Assembly: GCF_032444005.1 (NCBI RefSeq)
Contig: NC_091282.1
Span: 1,149,604,001-1,149,668,000 of the forward strand
From: Ranitomeya imitator
Lineage: Eukaryota
Length of the DNA stretch: 64,000 nt
Reading direction: 5' to 3'
The notes below the pieces were generated by a model that did no database searches, was not told the DNA's origin, and worked only from the letters and a program-made list of their open reading frames with translations. Made by a program: the position numbers and the translations under genes. This document shows positions 22,446 to 36,330 of this stretch, in pieces (the stretch's first letter is position 1; the number at the start of each line of letters is the position of its first letter).

Positions 22446-23349
22446 CAATGCAGATACTGCCCATAGGAGAGCGGACAGGGTTTGTGTAACCACGCGTGTG
22501 TATAGTACATGCACGGGATTACAGCACAAAACTGGTCAGTGTGACGCTGATAGGAGGGGGTGCCATTTTAATGCAGTCAGGAGGCAGTGATTTCTTCCAG
22601 GCACTGCGCGACCTGCAGCCGGAAAGAAATCATTAGAATATAACATTATAAATGAATTTCTCAAGATCGACACCACAACTATGAGGCATACAGGTAAGAC
22701 TGGTTTAACCAATCTATTACCTGTATGCCAATTGTAATAGAACAAAATCATCCAGCGAATGACAGATTTCATTTTAAAATTGTCTATGGTTCAACAAAAT
22801 GGCAGCCAGCAAGCCGCCATGATGCTGAATTCGTGCAAAGCAGATTTGTAAAAGTGTATTTTCAAAAATGTCTTTTTTTTGTATTTTTTGGTACAATAGT
22901 TCAATCTCACTAGAATAAATTAGATTATTTCTACATGTTACCATTCTTGTTAAAAGATTTGATTTTTGCAGAAATACTTAAATTTGTTCAGAAAATGTAA
23001 TTTGCTTTGGATTATTTGATGCAAATCAAATTATTTTGCTATCTTCAAACACCAGAGCATCATTAACGTAGATTAAAAATAAAGCAAAAAAAAAAAATTA
23101 ATTCTTACCCAGCCCTCACCTTTTTGGTCTGGTCTTTTGTCTTTTTACAAGTCCTGTCTATGCTTTGGTACCTACAGGGATGCTAGGCCTTCAAAATCAT
23201 GGCATGGATAGGCTTTATCCTGCCCTCTTAAAGAGTATCTGATATTTTGTAAGTCAACTCCATATATTATTAATTAGATTGATTAGATCTGATGTTCGTA
23301 GACATGATTAGTACTTACTTTGCAAATCTCTGTCAGTATGGATGTATTA

Positions 23350-23920
23350 GTGCAAGCTAGGACAACTAAGTCAATCAAACTAAGATAAAATAGCTGCACT
23401 CTGAAATGCAACTCATCAAATCTAGAAAATTGAAATGCATTACTACCATAGAAAATAGGTGAACATGATAATATGTACATATGAAATATAGAAAATTGGA
23501 ACTGCAAAATTGCTACAGAAAAAGTTGCTACAGAAAAAATGAATTGACCAATTCATGAGAGCACAACAGCAATCGACAAGGTGTACCTGGACTGAAAAGC
23601 CTACAATTTATAGGGCAGGAATGATCCAGCTAATTAAAACTGCCTTAGGCTGATGGGTTTAGAAATGCTCAGGTCAGAAGGAATTTACTGCAAAGAGAAA
23701 TAACTGAGAGAAAGAGAAAGCACATCCAAACTAGTGTGTACAGGTGCAAGCCAGAACTCCTAAGTCAATCAAACTAAGAAAAAATAGCTGCACTCTGAAA
23801 TGCAAAACATTGAATCTAGTAAACTGGATCTGCATTACTGCCACAGAAAATAGGTGGACACTATAATATGTACATATGAAATATAAGAAAATAGAACTGC
23901 AATATTGCTGCAGAAAAATG
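23350..23920. repeat. Diverged direct duplication of ~175 bp (period 394)
   Basis: CTAAGTCAATCAAACTAAGA...GAAAAA at 23366 and 23760. Confidence 0.85.
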
Positions 23921-23956
23921 GCTGTAGTTCCATTTTTCTATATTTCATATGTACAC

Positions 23957-24900
23957 TAGGGATGAGAGAGCAGTAAAGTGCTCAAATGCTCGTAACTCGA
24001 ACCAAGCAATTGCTAATGCTTGGATACTCATTTCAAGTAATGAGTATAATGTGAGTAAAAGGAAAATCCGAGCATTTTTTTTGCAGCCACTGCAAGGAAT
24101 TCTGAGGAGCATTGAAAATGTTGAAATGGATGGAAAAAGAGCAACATGGAAGTGGAACAGCATGGGGAAGGACAATCTCATTAGGTGTGTTGGTAAGGGC
24201 ATGGGTGATGTTCCTGAACATGTGCTGGTACAAGGCGGGAACACCATGCCCGGAGAAATAGTGGTGGCTGGGGACCGAGTGCCTAGGGATGGCTGCTGCC
24301 TGAGTCGGCTAAAATCCTTTGTGTCTACAAGCTTAAATGGTAACAATTTCACAGCAAGCAGCCTGGAAATGTGCCCGTTCAGTGTTTGAGTCTGTGAGTG
24401 GGTGGCTGGGAACTTCCTTTTTCTTTCCAAAGCCTGGGGTAGGGACAACTGAACGCTGTGCTTGGGTAAGAATTTGCAAGGGCCTGATGATGGTGCATTA
24501 GAATGTGCAAGGGCAGATGCAGGGCAGGTGGTATCTGTGTCTGTATCATGGACAGGGGATTGGCAAGCACCTCACACAGGGGAATAGGCAGTGGTGTCAC
24601 CTGCTGACACCAATTGTGGACACAGGTGTTCGGCCCACCGAGTCAGCTGCTTAGATGAAATGTGCCTGAACATGCTGGTCGTGGTTAGGCTCTCAGTGAT
24701 CAGACCCCTGCTGATCTTAACATTTCACAGGTCGCAAATTACCATTTGTTTGTGTCAGAACTTTCTTTAAAAAAGTCCCAGACTGGGGAAACCTAACTCT
24801 TTGACATCGCAAACCACCACTGCTAGGCAAGTCCTTAGGAGCAGGGATAGTCTTCATCCACTCGTGAAGGGGGAGGAGAGTTTATATAGCTGTTCCTAGA
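23957..24900 (-). pseudogene. Old, internally deleted hAT relic (different subfamily)
   Basis: hAT-like terminus TAGGGATGAGAGAGCA at 23957. Minus-strand remnants SPVWDFFK (BED start), RKRKFPATHSQTQTLNGHISRLLAVKLLPFKLVD and ALYQHMFRNITHAL align with the transposase at 26-2710, with frameshifts. Confidence 0.8.
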
Positions 24901-25175
24901 CTACTGTCGCATGGTAGCTGGCATCTGGTGACGCAGACAATGTGAGGTCAGCTACAAGAGTATATCCAAAGCTAGCAAAAAAACAAATGAAAATCAAAGG
25001 GAAACCCAAGGACAATAGCTAATAAAGAAGAACCAATAACGACCTTTAGCAAATACTCAGAAGCAACCAGATCTTATCCAGTGAGCAATCATCATACACA
25101 TACCCAAGAGAACTGAATAAACAGCACTGAACTAAATTAGAAGCAGGCCTTAAACCCAGCCCTAATCCAAGGGTA

Positions 25176-25950
25176 TGTTAGGTGTTGAATTCCTCCTGCT
25201 GCACAGGGGGAATCTTGAACAATGTCCGCTGCGGTCTCCCATTCTTCTCCAGTTGAACCTGCTCAGCAGAGACGTCGGTCTCAGTGCCTGGTTCGGACAG
25301 ATACTGCACGTTTGGTTACTGCTGCCCTTCCAGGTTCAGCCATTATAACCAGTATTGTTCAGCGGCAAGCAAGCGCTCCTGGGACTAAGTCCTGCTTTTC
25401 TCCTTCTGAGCATGCCCAAGGGATGACCTCTCATTGGAGGTCGGGGGTCACATGCTCAGGTCCTGTAGCAGCTCCTATTGGTCAACTAGGAAGATCCTGG
25501 AGAGCTACAACTATAAAAGGTTTGCATGGCCGCACGGCCATGCGCTAGTATCATTTGTGTTTGGCTGTTGCCAGTGGATACTCTACCATTCAGTTTATAT
25601 GTGGTGTGAGTCTGTTTAGCTTTCGGGCTGTACACTCAGGCAGGCAGCTAGCGTCAGTGGGGGCAATTAGCCTTGGCTTAGCATCTGGTTCCTTCATGTG
25701 TGCGGTTAGCACAGAAGAGTTCCAGAGCAAGCAGAAACCTAGTTAGCGTATTATTCTCTGTGTACAGCACGACTCTGTGAGGCAACAGAGCTTGCTTTCA
25801 TTTCACACAGGGTGAAGTGTAACCCACATGTGAGCTCAGTGTCCATCCGCCATTAGTTTGCAGCAGGTATCTCTGCACGGTGGACCCCGGGCTGCGAACG
25901 CACCTCGTATCAATCTCTCTATTATTTGGTGCGTTCCGCAAGCCCTAACA
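25176..25950 (+). mobile_element. Solo LTR (775 bp)
   Basis: TGTTAGG...CCCTAACA termini, 5-bp TSD GGGTA/GGATA and a TATA-like TATAAAAG near 25512. Same family as 32722-33809. Confidence 0.88.
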
Positions 25951-27574
25951 GGATAGTAATCAGTTGATGCATTCCTCCCACTCATGTCCAAAGAGCCACT
26001 TCCTGCTCAACTGAACAGCAGAGTGCACAAATTCCCATCATTGGCTAACCCCAGGCAAAGCAGCGTACTGTGTTGCCTCTTAACAGGGAAACACAGCATC
26101 CCATGTCTCCCAGGCCGTGAAGCCAAAGGGAAGCATAGCATCGCTCAGCACTTCCACACAAGAGGCACCACCGTGTGTAGCAGCACCACCCACAGGACGG
26201 ACTGAATGGCGGAGCAGTCTGGAAACCAGAAGAGGACAATTATATCCACTGCAGATATTCCTAACTGTGAGAAACAACGAAGGGATTTGCAGAGAAGTAG
26301 TGAGGACAAAAGTGGATTAGTAGGACAGCAGGGAACAGACAAACAGGAGAAGTGTGATGATGTGATGGGAGAGGATGAGGTCGTAGACCCCACATGCAGT
26401 CAAGGCCATACGAGTGATGCTGGCAATTCAGAGAAAGAGGTTGTGTTCACGATGCTCCTGCTAGCCGATGCATCATGTAACCCGGCCTGTGTAAAGGCAA
26501 GATCATGAGTGCCGATACCATTATGCTCTCATTAATTTAGGGATAGGATGCAGCTGGAATGAGGGACAAATTGTGACTGCACACTCTGCAAAGAAAATTC
26601 TATGTGCACTCTACAACCTGTATCTGTGAGAGTATTGCCCTTCAAGTCGCTGTGTGTACTCTACAGCCATATCTGTGGGAGTATTGTCCTTTAAGTTACT
26701 GTGTGTACTCTGCAGCCCCCACCAGTGGGACTCCTATTCTTTAAGCAGCTGTGTGCACTCTGTACTCTCCCCCACATATGGGAGTACTGTCTTTTAGAGT
26801 TGAGCGACTTTTACTTTTTTAGGATCGAGTCGGGTTTCGGGCTGGGTCGGGTGAAATCAGCCGATTATTTCGAAAAGTTGGGGGCCGACGGAAACACGAA
26901 ACCCAATGCAAGTCAATGGGGAATCAAAGTCGGCAGTGAGTGGAGGACAGGAAAACACCTACTGTGCCCATTTTAATGCCAGAAACATCAATCCTATTTC
27001 TTAAGCTTGTCACTCTTAATTTACTTTATAATAATAGTAAGGCATTGAAAACAGGGGGTCATTTGGCTAAAGTTGTGGGGGGGTAGGGCTGGCTCAAGAT
27101 TTCCGTGGGCCTAGGAAATGCGGAATACATCACGGCAGTGGAGCAGGGAGAGGTATGTATTTCAACTTTGCAAGTGCTGTGATCCTGAGCAAGCAGGGGG
27201 GCCCACTTGTTGGCACTTGGCACTGGCACAGGGCCTCTCATAGTACGGCGGTGTGTTTGACGGCGGGTGGCACCTCCCACTGCCGGAGACACTTTTGCAT
27301 ACTATGAGGGGCCCTGTGCCAGTGACGTCACCAATGAGTAAGCCCCCCCCCCACCTGATGAAGGAACCTGCACTTTCATCTGCACCTTCCTCTTTGTTCC
27401 CGTGTAAGGTGGTATAGTATGCGGGAAGGGGAACCTGACTTTCAGCAGGGTCAGATTCAGGCTGTGTAGAGTGCAAAGGGAATGTAGTGGTCTGGGTCAA
27501 TGTACCAGCAGACTCATCTAGCAGTGGCTGGGCAATGGGCAGGATGAGGAGGAAACACAGATATCGGCCCAAAT

Positions 27575-28520
27575 AATAAAGTAGGCTAAATGCAGTTCAA
27601 AATTGGTAACAGGACTAAACAGGCGGCATAGCTTTGTTCAGTGCAGGACAACTGTAATGAGTGGCGCAGACACAGTTAGTAGGCCCAAATACAAAAGTAG
27701 GCTAAATGCAGTTCAAAATTGGTAACAGGACTAAACAGGCGGCCTAGCTTTGTTCAGTGGAGGACAACTGTAATGAGTGGTGCAGACAGAGTTTGTAGGC
27801 CCACAGTAAAAAAGTTGGCTAAATGCAGTTCTAAATTGGTGACAGGACTAAACAGGCGACATAGCTTTGTTCAGTGGAGGACAACTGTAATGAGTGGCGC
27901 AGACACAGTTAGTAGGCCAAAGTACAAAAGTAGGCTAAATGCAGATCAAAATTGGTAACAGGATTAAACAGGCGGCATTGCTTTGTTCAGTGAAGGACAA
28001 CTGTAATGAGTGGCGCAGACACTGTTAGTAGGCCCAAAATAAAAAAGTAGGCTAAATGCAGTTCAAAATTGGTAACAGGACTAAACAGGCGGCATAGCTT
28101 TGTTCAGTGGAGGACAACTGTAATGAGTGGCGCAGACACAGTTAGTAGGCCCAACTAAAAAGTAGGCTAAATGCAGTTCAAAATTGGTAACAGGACTAAA
28201 CAGGCGGCCTAGCTTTGTTCAGTGGAGGACAACTGTAATGAGTGGCGCAGTCACAGTTAGTAGGTCCAAAATAAAAAAGTAGGCTAAATGCAGTTCAAAA
28301 TTGGTAACAGGACTAAACAGGCGGCATAGCTTTGTTCTGTGGAGGACAACTGTAATGAGTGGCACAGACACAATTTGTAGGCCCAAAATAAAAAAGTAGG
28401 CTAAATGCAGTTCAAAATTGGTAACAGGACTAAACAGGCGGCATTGCTTTGTTCAGTGGAGGAAAACTGTAATGAGTGGCAGACACAGTTGGTAGGCCCA
28501 AATAATAAAGTGGGCTAAAT
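27575..28520. repeat. ~116-bp tandem array, ~8 units, in the hAT 3' arm
   Basis: GGCTAAATG at 27584, 27700, 27817, 27933, 28050, 28165, 28282, 28399 and 28513. The homologous region in element 1 (~11200-11400) has under two units. Confidence 0.93.
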
Positions 28521-29126
28521 GTCTGCCAAAAAATAGTTCATAAATAAACAGGTAGCATAGCTAGGTACTGGGGTGGGCTCCTCTGCTGAGTAGCAGACAG
28601 TGGTAGTAGGCGCAAAGTATTAACTGGTCTAAATGGAGGCCAGGGCCCCTGTATATTTTAACTATCATCTATCATTTCAACAAATTTGTATTGGCAGTGC
28701 CATTGAAGGATTTAACAGCACAGACTACACAGTGGTGGAGCAGGGAGAGGTAAGTATTGCAAGTGGTAGAGCACTGTTCGAGTTGTGGAGACACTCTCTC
28801 GTGAGCGGCGGTACTGGCACAGGGCCCCTCATATATTACGACGGTGTGTCTGACATTGGTTGTGCACCACCACTGTCAGAGACACTTCATTGTACTATGA
28901 GAGATCCTGTGCCAGTGCCATCACCCAAGAGTGGGCACACCCACCTGTCTAGGCAAACGGCACTCGCATGGGTGCTTGCGCCAGGTGGTGATCACGGCCC
29001 TGTGGGGGGTGTCAGCCCATTTAGGGAGGTGTAAAAATGGCCTATGGTGGACATTCAGCAGCTGCAAAAGGCGGAATTGGAGAAGTCAGTAAGAGGAGGC
29101 CAAAAGCAAGACATTTGTCAGGCAAG

Positions 29127-32100
29127 CTACGTGTCAGCAGGAGAAGGTGGGGCAAAATAATTTGAAATCCATGATTGGTTCATTTTAATGAAGGTTAGAT
29201 CATCAACATTCTGGGTAGCCTGACGTGTCCTTTTTTCAGTCAGTATTGAACCAGCAGCACTGAAGACTCTTTCTGATAGCACACTAAAAGCAGGGCAAGG
29301 GAGCTCCTGTAATGCATATTCTGCGAATTCAGGCCAGGTGTCTATTTTAGATGCCCAGTAATCAAAGAAGAATTACCTGTGAGGGAGAACATCGATAAGG
29401 GAGGAAAAGTAGTTTGTAACCATACTGGACAAATGCTGTCTCCTGTCACTTTGAATCGATGCAGCAGTACCTGTCGTGTCAGCGGTCATAGCGAAATCAC
29501 TCCACAACCTGGTCATAAAACCCGTCTGTCCAACGCCACTTCGGATTTGGGCACTTCTAACACCTCTGCCATGTTGCCCCCTACAGCTCGTGTGAGAACC
29601 ATCACCGCCGCTGTGTGCTGGGAATGCCTGAACAAATCGGTCTAAAAGAGTTGCTTGTTTGGTAGCCAATATTTGCTCAAGGTTCTCATGTGGCATGATA
29701 TTTTGTAATTTTCCTTTATATCGTGGATCCAGAAGGCAGGCCAACCAGTAATCGTCATTGGTCATCATTTTGATAATGCGGGGGTCCCTTTTTAGGATAC
29801 GCAAGGCATACTCAGCCATGTGGGCCAATGTTCCAGGTGTCAATTCACTGCTTGTGCTGGGTTGAGGAGCACTTTCTTGCATATCAACATCACTTATGTC
29901 CCACAAAAACCCTGTACCTGACCTTGCAATGCCACCAGTTTCTATTGCCCCCTGAGAAGCATCCTCCCCCCATAAATATTCATCCCCATAATCCTCCTCC
30001 TCCTCTTCGTCTGCCACCTCGTCCAGGAGAGTTCCCCGAGCAGACAATGGCTGACTGTCATCAAGGCTTCCTTCCTCCTCGGATGCAGACACCAGCTCCT
30101 TGATGTGCGTCAAACTTTGCATCAGCAGACGCATTAGTGGGATGCTCATGCTTATGATGGGGTCGTCGGCACTTACCAACCGTGTGCATTCCTGAAAAAA
30201 CTGAAGGACTTGACAGAGGTCTTGGAGCTTCGACCACTGCACACCAGACAACTCCATGTCTGCCATCCAACTGCCTGCCCGTGTATGTGTATCCTCCCAC
30301 AAATGAATTACAGCATGCATCTGTTCGCACAGCCCCTGAGCCATGTGCAGTGTGGAGTTCCACCTTATAGCAATGTCGATTATTAGGCAGTGCTGGGGAA
30401 GATTCAGCGATCGCTGATGGTTCAACATACAGCTGGAGTGTACGGGCGACCGGTGGATGTGCGAGCAAAGTCTTTGCACCTTCAGGAGCAGGGCTGGTAA
30501 CTCCGGATAATTTTTGAGGAAGCACTGTACCACCAGGTTCAAGGTGTGAGCCAGGCAAGGTATGTGTTTATGTTCTGAAAGGGCTATGGCAGCCATAAAA
30601 TTCCTTTCGCTATCACTGACTACCTTGGCTGCCTCAAGATGTACACTGCCCAGCCATGACAGAGTTTGTTGTTGCAAGTACTCGGCCAGTACTTCAGCGG
30701 TGTGTCTGTTGTCGCACAAGCATGTCATTTCTAACACAGCCTGCTGATGCTTACCACTAGCAGTTCGATAATGGAACACCTCGTGTGCAACACTGGCAGC
30801 TGTGGATTGAGTGGTTATGCGACTGCGCTCTGTGGACGAGCTTTCGCTTCTGGAGGAGGAGGAGAAGGAGGGGTGGCGAACGCCTACAGCCAACTGTTTC
30901 CTAGACCGTGGACTAGGCAGAACTGTCCCACTATGGCTGTCCCCTGTGGACCCTGCATCCACCACATTAACCCAGTGTGCCGTGATGGACACGTAACGTC
31001 CCTGGCCATGCCTACTGGTCCATGCATCTGTTGTGAGGTGCACCTTTCTACTGACTGATTGCCTAAGTGGATGAACAATGCGGTCTTTGACATGCTGGTG
31101 GAGGGCTGGGATGGCTTTTCTCGCAAAGAAGTGTCGACTGGGTAAGTCATAGCGTGGTAGTGCGTAGGCCATCAGGGCTTTGAAAGATTTGCTTTCAACC
31201 TACCGGTAGGGCATCATCTCTAACGAGGTTAGTCTAGCAATGTGGGCATTCAAACCCTTTGTACGCGGATGAGAGGATGAGTACTTTCTTTTCCTAACGA
31301 GAGTCTCTTGTAGGGTGAGCTGGACTGGAGAGGTGCATATGGTGGAACTAGCAGTGGTGGTGGTGATGGACATGGCGGATTGAGAGAGGGTTGGTGATGG
31401 TATTCTCAATGTTGGCCTACATACAGTGTTTTCTACCAATAAACTTGTGATTCCCTGACTGCTTTGGTCTTGCGATGATACCTCCACATTTGCTGCTGGT
31501 GGTGTCCTAACCGGTGGGCTTACAGTGAGAAAAACAATGTAGCGTTGCTGACTACCTTCATTCTGAGCAGGTGCACCAACGGTACGGGACGTTTGGTAGT
31601 TAGTCCAGGTTTGCAAGTGCATGCTGGTTAAATGTCTAAGCATGCACGTTGTATTTAAATTTTGAAGATTCTTCCCTCTGCTAAAGGTCTGTGAGCATTT
31701 CTTATAGATAACTTTTGACTGATCATTCGGATCTTGGTTAAAAAATTGCCACACTGCACTCTTCCTACTATGGAATACCTTTTCAGGCATTGCGTGCTGT
31801 GCTACTTTCACCAGATGGCCACGCTGTCCTAAAACTGTTTTTGTTTTTGACAAACGTTTTTGGCCTGATACGGGCCTGCCAGATGACAGCTGTTGCAATG
31901 TAGATGGCTGCTGCAGATCATCCTCCTCCACTTCAGAGCTACTGGCAGCGGCACCCTCTTCCCCCAATGGCTGCCAATCTGGGTCAACAACTGGGTCATC
32001 TATCACCTCCTCTTCAATGTCATGTGCACCTTCCTCTGTGTCACCGTGTAATTTGCAATAGCGTTCGGGACGGGGCACCATAGTTTCTTCAGGGTCAGAT

Positions 32101-32661
32101 TCTGGCTCAGTACACTGCGAGGGCAATGTAGTGATCTGAGTCAATAGAACAGCATTATAATCTAGCTGTGGCTGTGCATCAGTGCACTCCATGTCTGATT
32201 CATCTTGTAATGGGCCTGGCCTGTTAACAATTTCCCATTCTAACCGAGGCACGGTATGTGTAAAGAGCTCCATGGAGTAACCTGTAGTGTCGCCTGACGC
32301 ATCCTTCTCTTTTGGTTTGGGTGAAGGACACAAGGAAACGTCTTGTTCCTGACAGGGAACCATCCACTGACGACTCACTGCTTTTATATTTGGAACTTTC
32401 TGAAGAGGAGGTGAAAGAGCTAGAGGCTGAGTCAGCAAGGAAAGCCAAAACTTTTTCCTGCTGCTCGGGCTTTAAAAGCTGTTTTCCTTCTCCCAGATAA
32501 GGGAGCCTTTGAGGCCTTTTGTAGCCACATGATGATGCTAGCTCAACACCTCCAGCCTTAGGTGCTATTGTGCTTTTGCCACTACCACCAGATGCACCAC
32601 CACCACCATCAGTACGAGCTTGCAACCACCGCCCATGGCCTCTTCCACCTGACTTCCTCAT
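29127..32661 (-). pseudogene. Full-length but frameshifted hAT transposase (~1180 codons, with a ~290-aa N-terminal extension before the BED finger)
   Basis: Overlapping track ORFs 32224-32661, 31200-32438 and 29373-31172, plus a C-terminal remnant ending at TAG 29127-29129. Collinear with 26-2710. Confidence 0.92.
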
Positions 32662-32721
32662 TTTTTTAAAATCTAATCAAAATAACAATCGTTATATGGT
32701 ACTGTAAAACAATGTAGAAGG

Positions 32722-33809
32722 TGTTAGGTGTCGAGTTCCCACCTCTGCATAGGGGGAATCTCGAACCATCTCTGCTGCGGTCTCCCATTCTTCTCCAGCC
32801 GCAGTGAAGTCAGCTCAGCGGAGACGTCAGTCCCAGCGTCTTGCTCAGTCTCACTCTATGCATAGGGTTACTGCTGCTTTTCCAGCTTCTGCCATTGAAG
32901 CCAGTGCTGGGCAGCGGCGAGCAGACGCTTCTGAGACTAAGTCCCACTTTGCACACACTGAGCATGCCCAGGGCAGGATCTCTCAGTAAAGATCTAGGGT
33001 CACATGCTCAGGTACTGCAGCGACTTCCATTGGTCCTTCTCACGGAAGGTCCTGTAGGTACTAGGACTAAGTTCTGCTTTGCACACTGAGCATGCCCAGG
33101 GCAAGATCTCTCAGTGGAGATCTAGGGTCACATGGTCAGGTACTGCAGCAATTCCATTGGTCCTTCTTTTGAAAGGTCCTATACGTGCTGCAGCTATTTA
33201 AGGCTCGCATGGCCGCACGGCCATGTGCTAGTGTACATTTGTAAACGTGTCTGTGTTGTGAGTGAAAGTCGCTCTTTAAATAACCCTCCCTATTGGATGA
33301 CTGTTCGCGGAAGGTGTATGATTGATATCTAGCGCCCGACTTATCCAACAGCACGTTACACACTAATACAGCGTCTAGTTGCTGTGTCCGCCCGTGCGGC
33401 GCCGTGCGCTTTCACAGCGCTTTCCTGACCCAAGCCTGGGTGGTTGGTGGCGTCCGCCAGTGCGGCACCGCACGCACTCTCGTGCATCCCTTTGTTGTTA
33501 TTTTGGTTACACTGACATCCTAGTTGTGGTGTTGACCACAAGTAGTCTACACAGACTCAGATCCCAAGTCTTAGGACTGAGCTCGGAGACTCCTTGCTTG
33601 TGCTCTTGTGTGCAGTACCCGGCCCTGTGACTTAACAGGGTTTGCTTCCTTCACACAGGGTGAAGTTAACCCGTGTGTATTCACATTGTACCGCCATATA
33701 GTCCGTCATTACTTGGCAGCAGGTTCCATCTCTGCACGGTGGACCAAGGGCTGCGAACGCACCTTATTCTACCTATCTTATTCTTTGGTGTGTTCCGCTA
33801 GCCCTAACA
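32722..33809 (+). mobile_element. Solo LTR (1088 bp) with an internal ~130-bp duplication
   Basis: TGTTAGG...CCCTAACA termini, perfect 5-bp TSD GAAGG and TATTTAA at 33195. Confidence 0.92.
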
Positions 33810-33814
33810 GAAGG

Positions 33815-34219
33815 TGTATATAAACGTGTTGAGATTTTAAATCTCCCTTTTTTTGGGAGACTGAACAAAAAATCAGGCCCTGTGCAAAAAACAACACAAT
33901 GTAAGTGGCAGAAAGTGGCTGGCTGATAAACAACAAACTAACAGGACAGAATTATAACCACTTTGTGAGAATTTGAATCTCCCTCTTTTTTTTGGGGAGA
34001 CTGAACCACAACTTAGGCCCAGTGTACATAACCACACAATCTAAGTGGCAGAAAATGGCTGGCTGATATACGACAAACTAACAGGACAGAAATATATCCA
34101 CTTTGTGAGAATTTGAATCTCTCTCTTTTTTCGGGAGACTGAACCTCAACTTAGGCCCAGTGTATATAACAAAGCAATCTAAGTGGCAGAAAGTAGCTGG
34201 CTGATATACGACAAACTAA
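33815..34219. repeat. ~140-bp repeats of the hAT 5' region; they continue at 42013-42320 after the Harbinger insertion
   Basis: GAATTTGAATCTC at 33969 and 34109, and again after 42040. The unit GACAAACTAACAGGACAGAA is split exactly at TAA. Confidence 0.88.
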
Positions 34220-34540
34220 GGCTACGTTCACATTTGCGTCTTTCACCGCAGGATCGTCGACGCAAGTGAAACACATGTAAAACGCAGGTTTTTTAGACGC
34301 ATGCGCTCAACGCATGCGTCGGAAAACGCAGCGTTTTTTTAAAAATAGGGTGCGTCTTTATCAAAAAAACTCTGCGTTTTTCAACGAATGCGTTTTCTTA
34401 AAGTGATGTCATTCAAAGCCACAATTACTGTCTAGACACTAGATAAAGGCCACTAGTGGCTAGAAGAGGGTGGGTATCATTGTAACTGTGTATATATACC
34501 CTGGCAGAGCTGATTTTCTCAGATTTGGCTGTGGTTCATC

Positions 34541-35907
34541 ATGATGACGCGTCCTATGGAGAGTATCTACATGGATATGGAGATGGATTTTGCCTTGGCT
34601 AATGCCTATGCTATTGCCTATTACGAGCAAAGGAAAAGGGATAAACGGAGGAGTCATCGGCGCTTTTGGCTACACCCTATCGTGGAAGTCCGGGAGAGCC
34701 GTGGAGCCTACCATTGTTTGTTTGGCGAGCTAAATGAGAACCAGGAAAAATATTATGAATATACCAGGATGTCTCAGGACAGCTTCCGCTATTTTCTGCG
34801 TTGTGTGGAAGGAGCCATTACCAGGCAGGACACACAGCTCCGGAAATCAATTTCCGCAGAGGAACGGCTGCTGGTGACTCTACGGTATGTAATGTAGTTG
34901 TATTTGAACGACTGTGATTTGTTCTGCCATTTTTATTTTTTTTTTTTTTTTGGTTTGGGTGGGTGGGTGGGTATGGCATTTTTTGGTTTTTTAATCACAA
35001 TGTTCTTCAATTAAATTTATTTATTTATCTTTTTGGCAGTTTCCTGGCTACTGGAGAGACCTTGAGATCCCTGCATTTCCAATTCCGGATTGGAGTGTCA
35101 ACACTTTTGGGAATTATTGCGGACACATGCCGTGCTTTGTGGGACAATCTCCGTGAAGAATTTTTACCCCTCCCTACAAGTGAAATATGGGAGGCCAACG
35201 CCAAGAAATTTGATCAAGTGTGTTCTTTCCCTAACTGTATTGGAGCAGTGGATGGGAAGCACATTCGGATTACAAAGCCTGCAAGAAGTGGATCTCTCTT
35301 TTTTAATTATAAAAAATACTTTTCCACCGTGCTCATGGCAATTGCAGGTGCGGACTGCCGGTTTCTCACTGTGGACATTGGAGCTTTTGGCCGGACAAAT
35401 GACTCGCGGACATTTAAAGAGTCTGATATGGGCAGAAGATTATATGGGAACAATTTTAATTTCCCCCAGCCACGACCTCTTCCCAATACCGAAGGCCCGG
35501 CAATGCCATTTGTTGTGGTTGGGGATGAGGCATTTCAAATGTGTGCCAACCTAGTGAAACCCAACTCCAGTCGTGGCTTGGACCACACCAGAAGTGTATT
35601 TAATTACAGACTCTCCAGGGCCAGAAGAACTGTTGAGTGCCCCTTTGGGATCCTGGTGTCCAAATGGCGTATTTTAGCATCCGCCATCAATCTGAAAATT
35701 GAGACAGTGGATGAGGTGGTGAAGGCTTGTGTGGTTCTACACAATTATGTTATTGCTAAAGAGAGACTGAACGTGGAACTTGATGAACCAATACCAAACC
35801 CTTTGCCCGACTACCATAATCATCCTCTGAGGACAAGTGTTGAAATTGGGCAGATGAGGGACCGATTTGCTTCCTATTTTGTTTCTGATGTTGGCCGTGT
35901 GTCTTAG
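34541..35907 (+). CDS. Harbinger (HARBI1-like) DDE transposase, 2 exons (34541-34884, 35040-35907), 403 aa
   Basis: A GT-AG intron joins RLLVTLR|FLATGETLRSLHFQFRIG in frame. Motifs CIGAVDGKHIRI, VGDEAF and RARRTVEC.FGIL. The final TAG may be a mutated TGG (VSWQ), with another TAG at 35923-35925. Confidence 0.92.
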
Positions 35908-36330
35908 CAAGATCAAATGGTGTAGTGTTTATGTTTTATTTCAACTTTATCCTGATTTTATGTCACCAATCATTTATTGTGATTAAAGTCAAATAAAACA
36001 CTGACATTTTAATATTTTAACACAATTGTGTCCATAAAATTTAACCTGTTGGGTGCCTAATGTAACGTTCGTCTACGTTTGAATGGTACCTGGAATATCT
36101 ACAGGTTTTTTTTTTAAACAAATGTACCTTCTATTGTGCCTTTCCTTTATAGAAACGGTTCCTTTTTTTGTATACCAAAAAATTTTTTGACAATAAAATT
36201 TTTGGTAAAATATTACAATGTCCATTATTATAACAACTGTGTGTACCACTAAAAAAAGGTACTACGGTGATCACCGTTTCCCAAACACACTCTGCCTAAC
36301 CACCCCACTTATGTTCACATCCGTGTGTTG

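Noticed and set aside
22601-22693. Possible 93-bp host exon (TTCTTCCAG|...ACAG|GTAAGA, one open frame)
   Set aside because: The peptide TARPAAGKKSLEYNIINEFLKIDTTTMRHT is not recognisable to me, no partner exons were found, and such sites arise by chance. A BLASTX or RNA-seq check would settle it.
26206-26508. Plus-strand ORF with EDEVVDP resembling hAT N-terminal acidic segments
   Set aside because: The similarity is too short and the strand is opposite to the adjacent hAT relic, so it cannot be supported.
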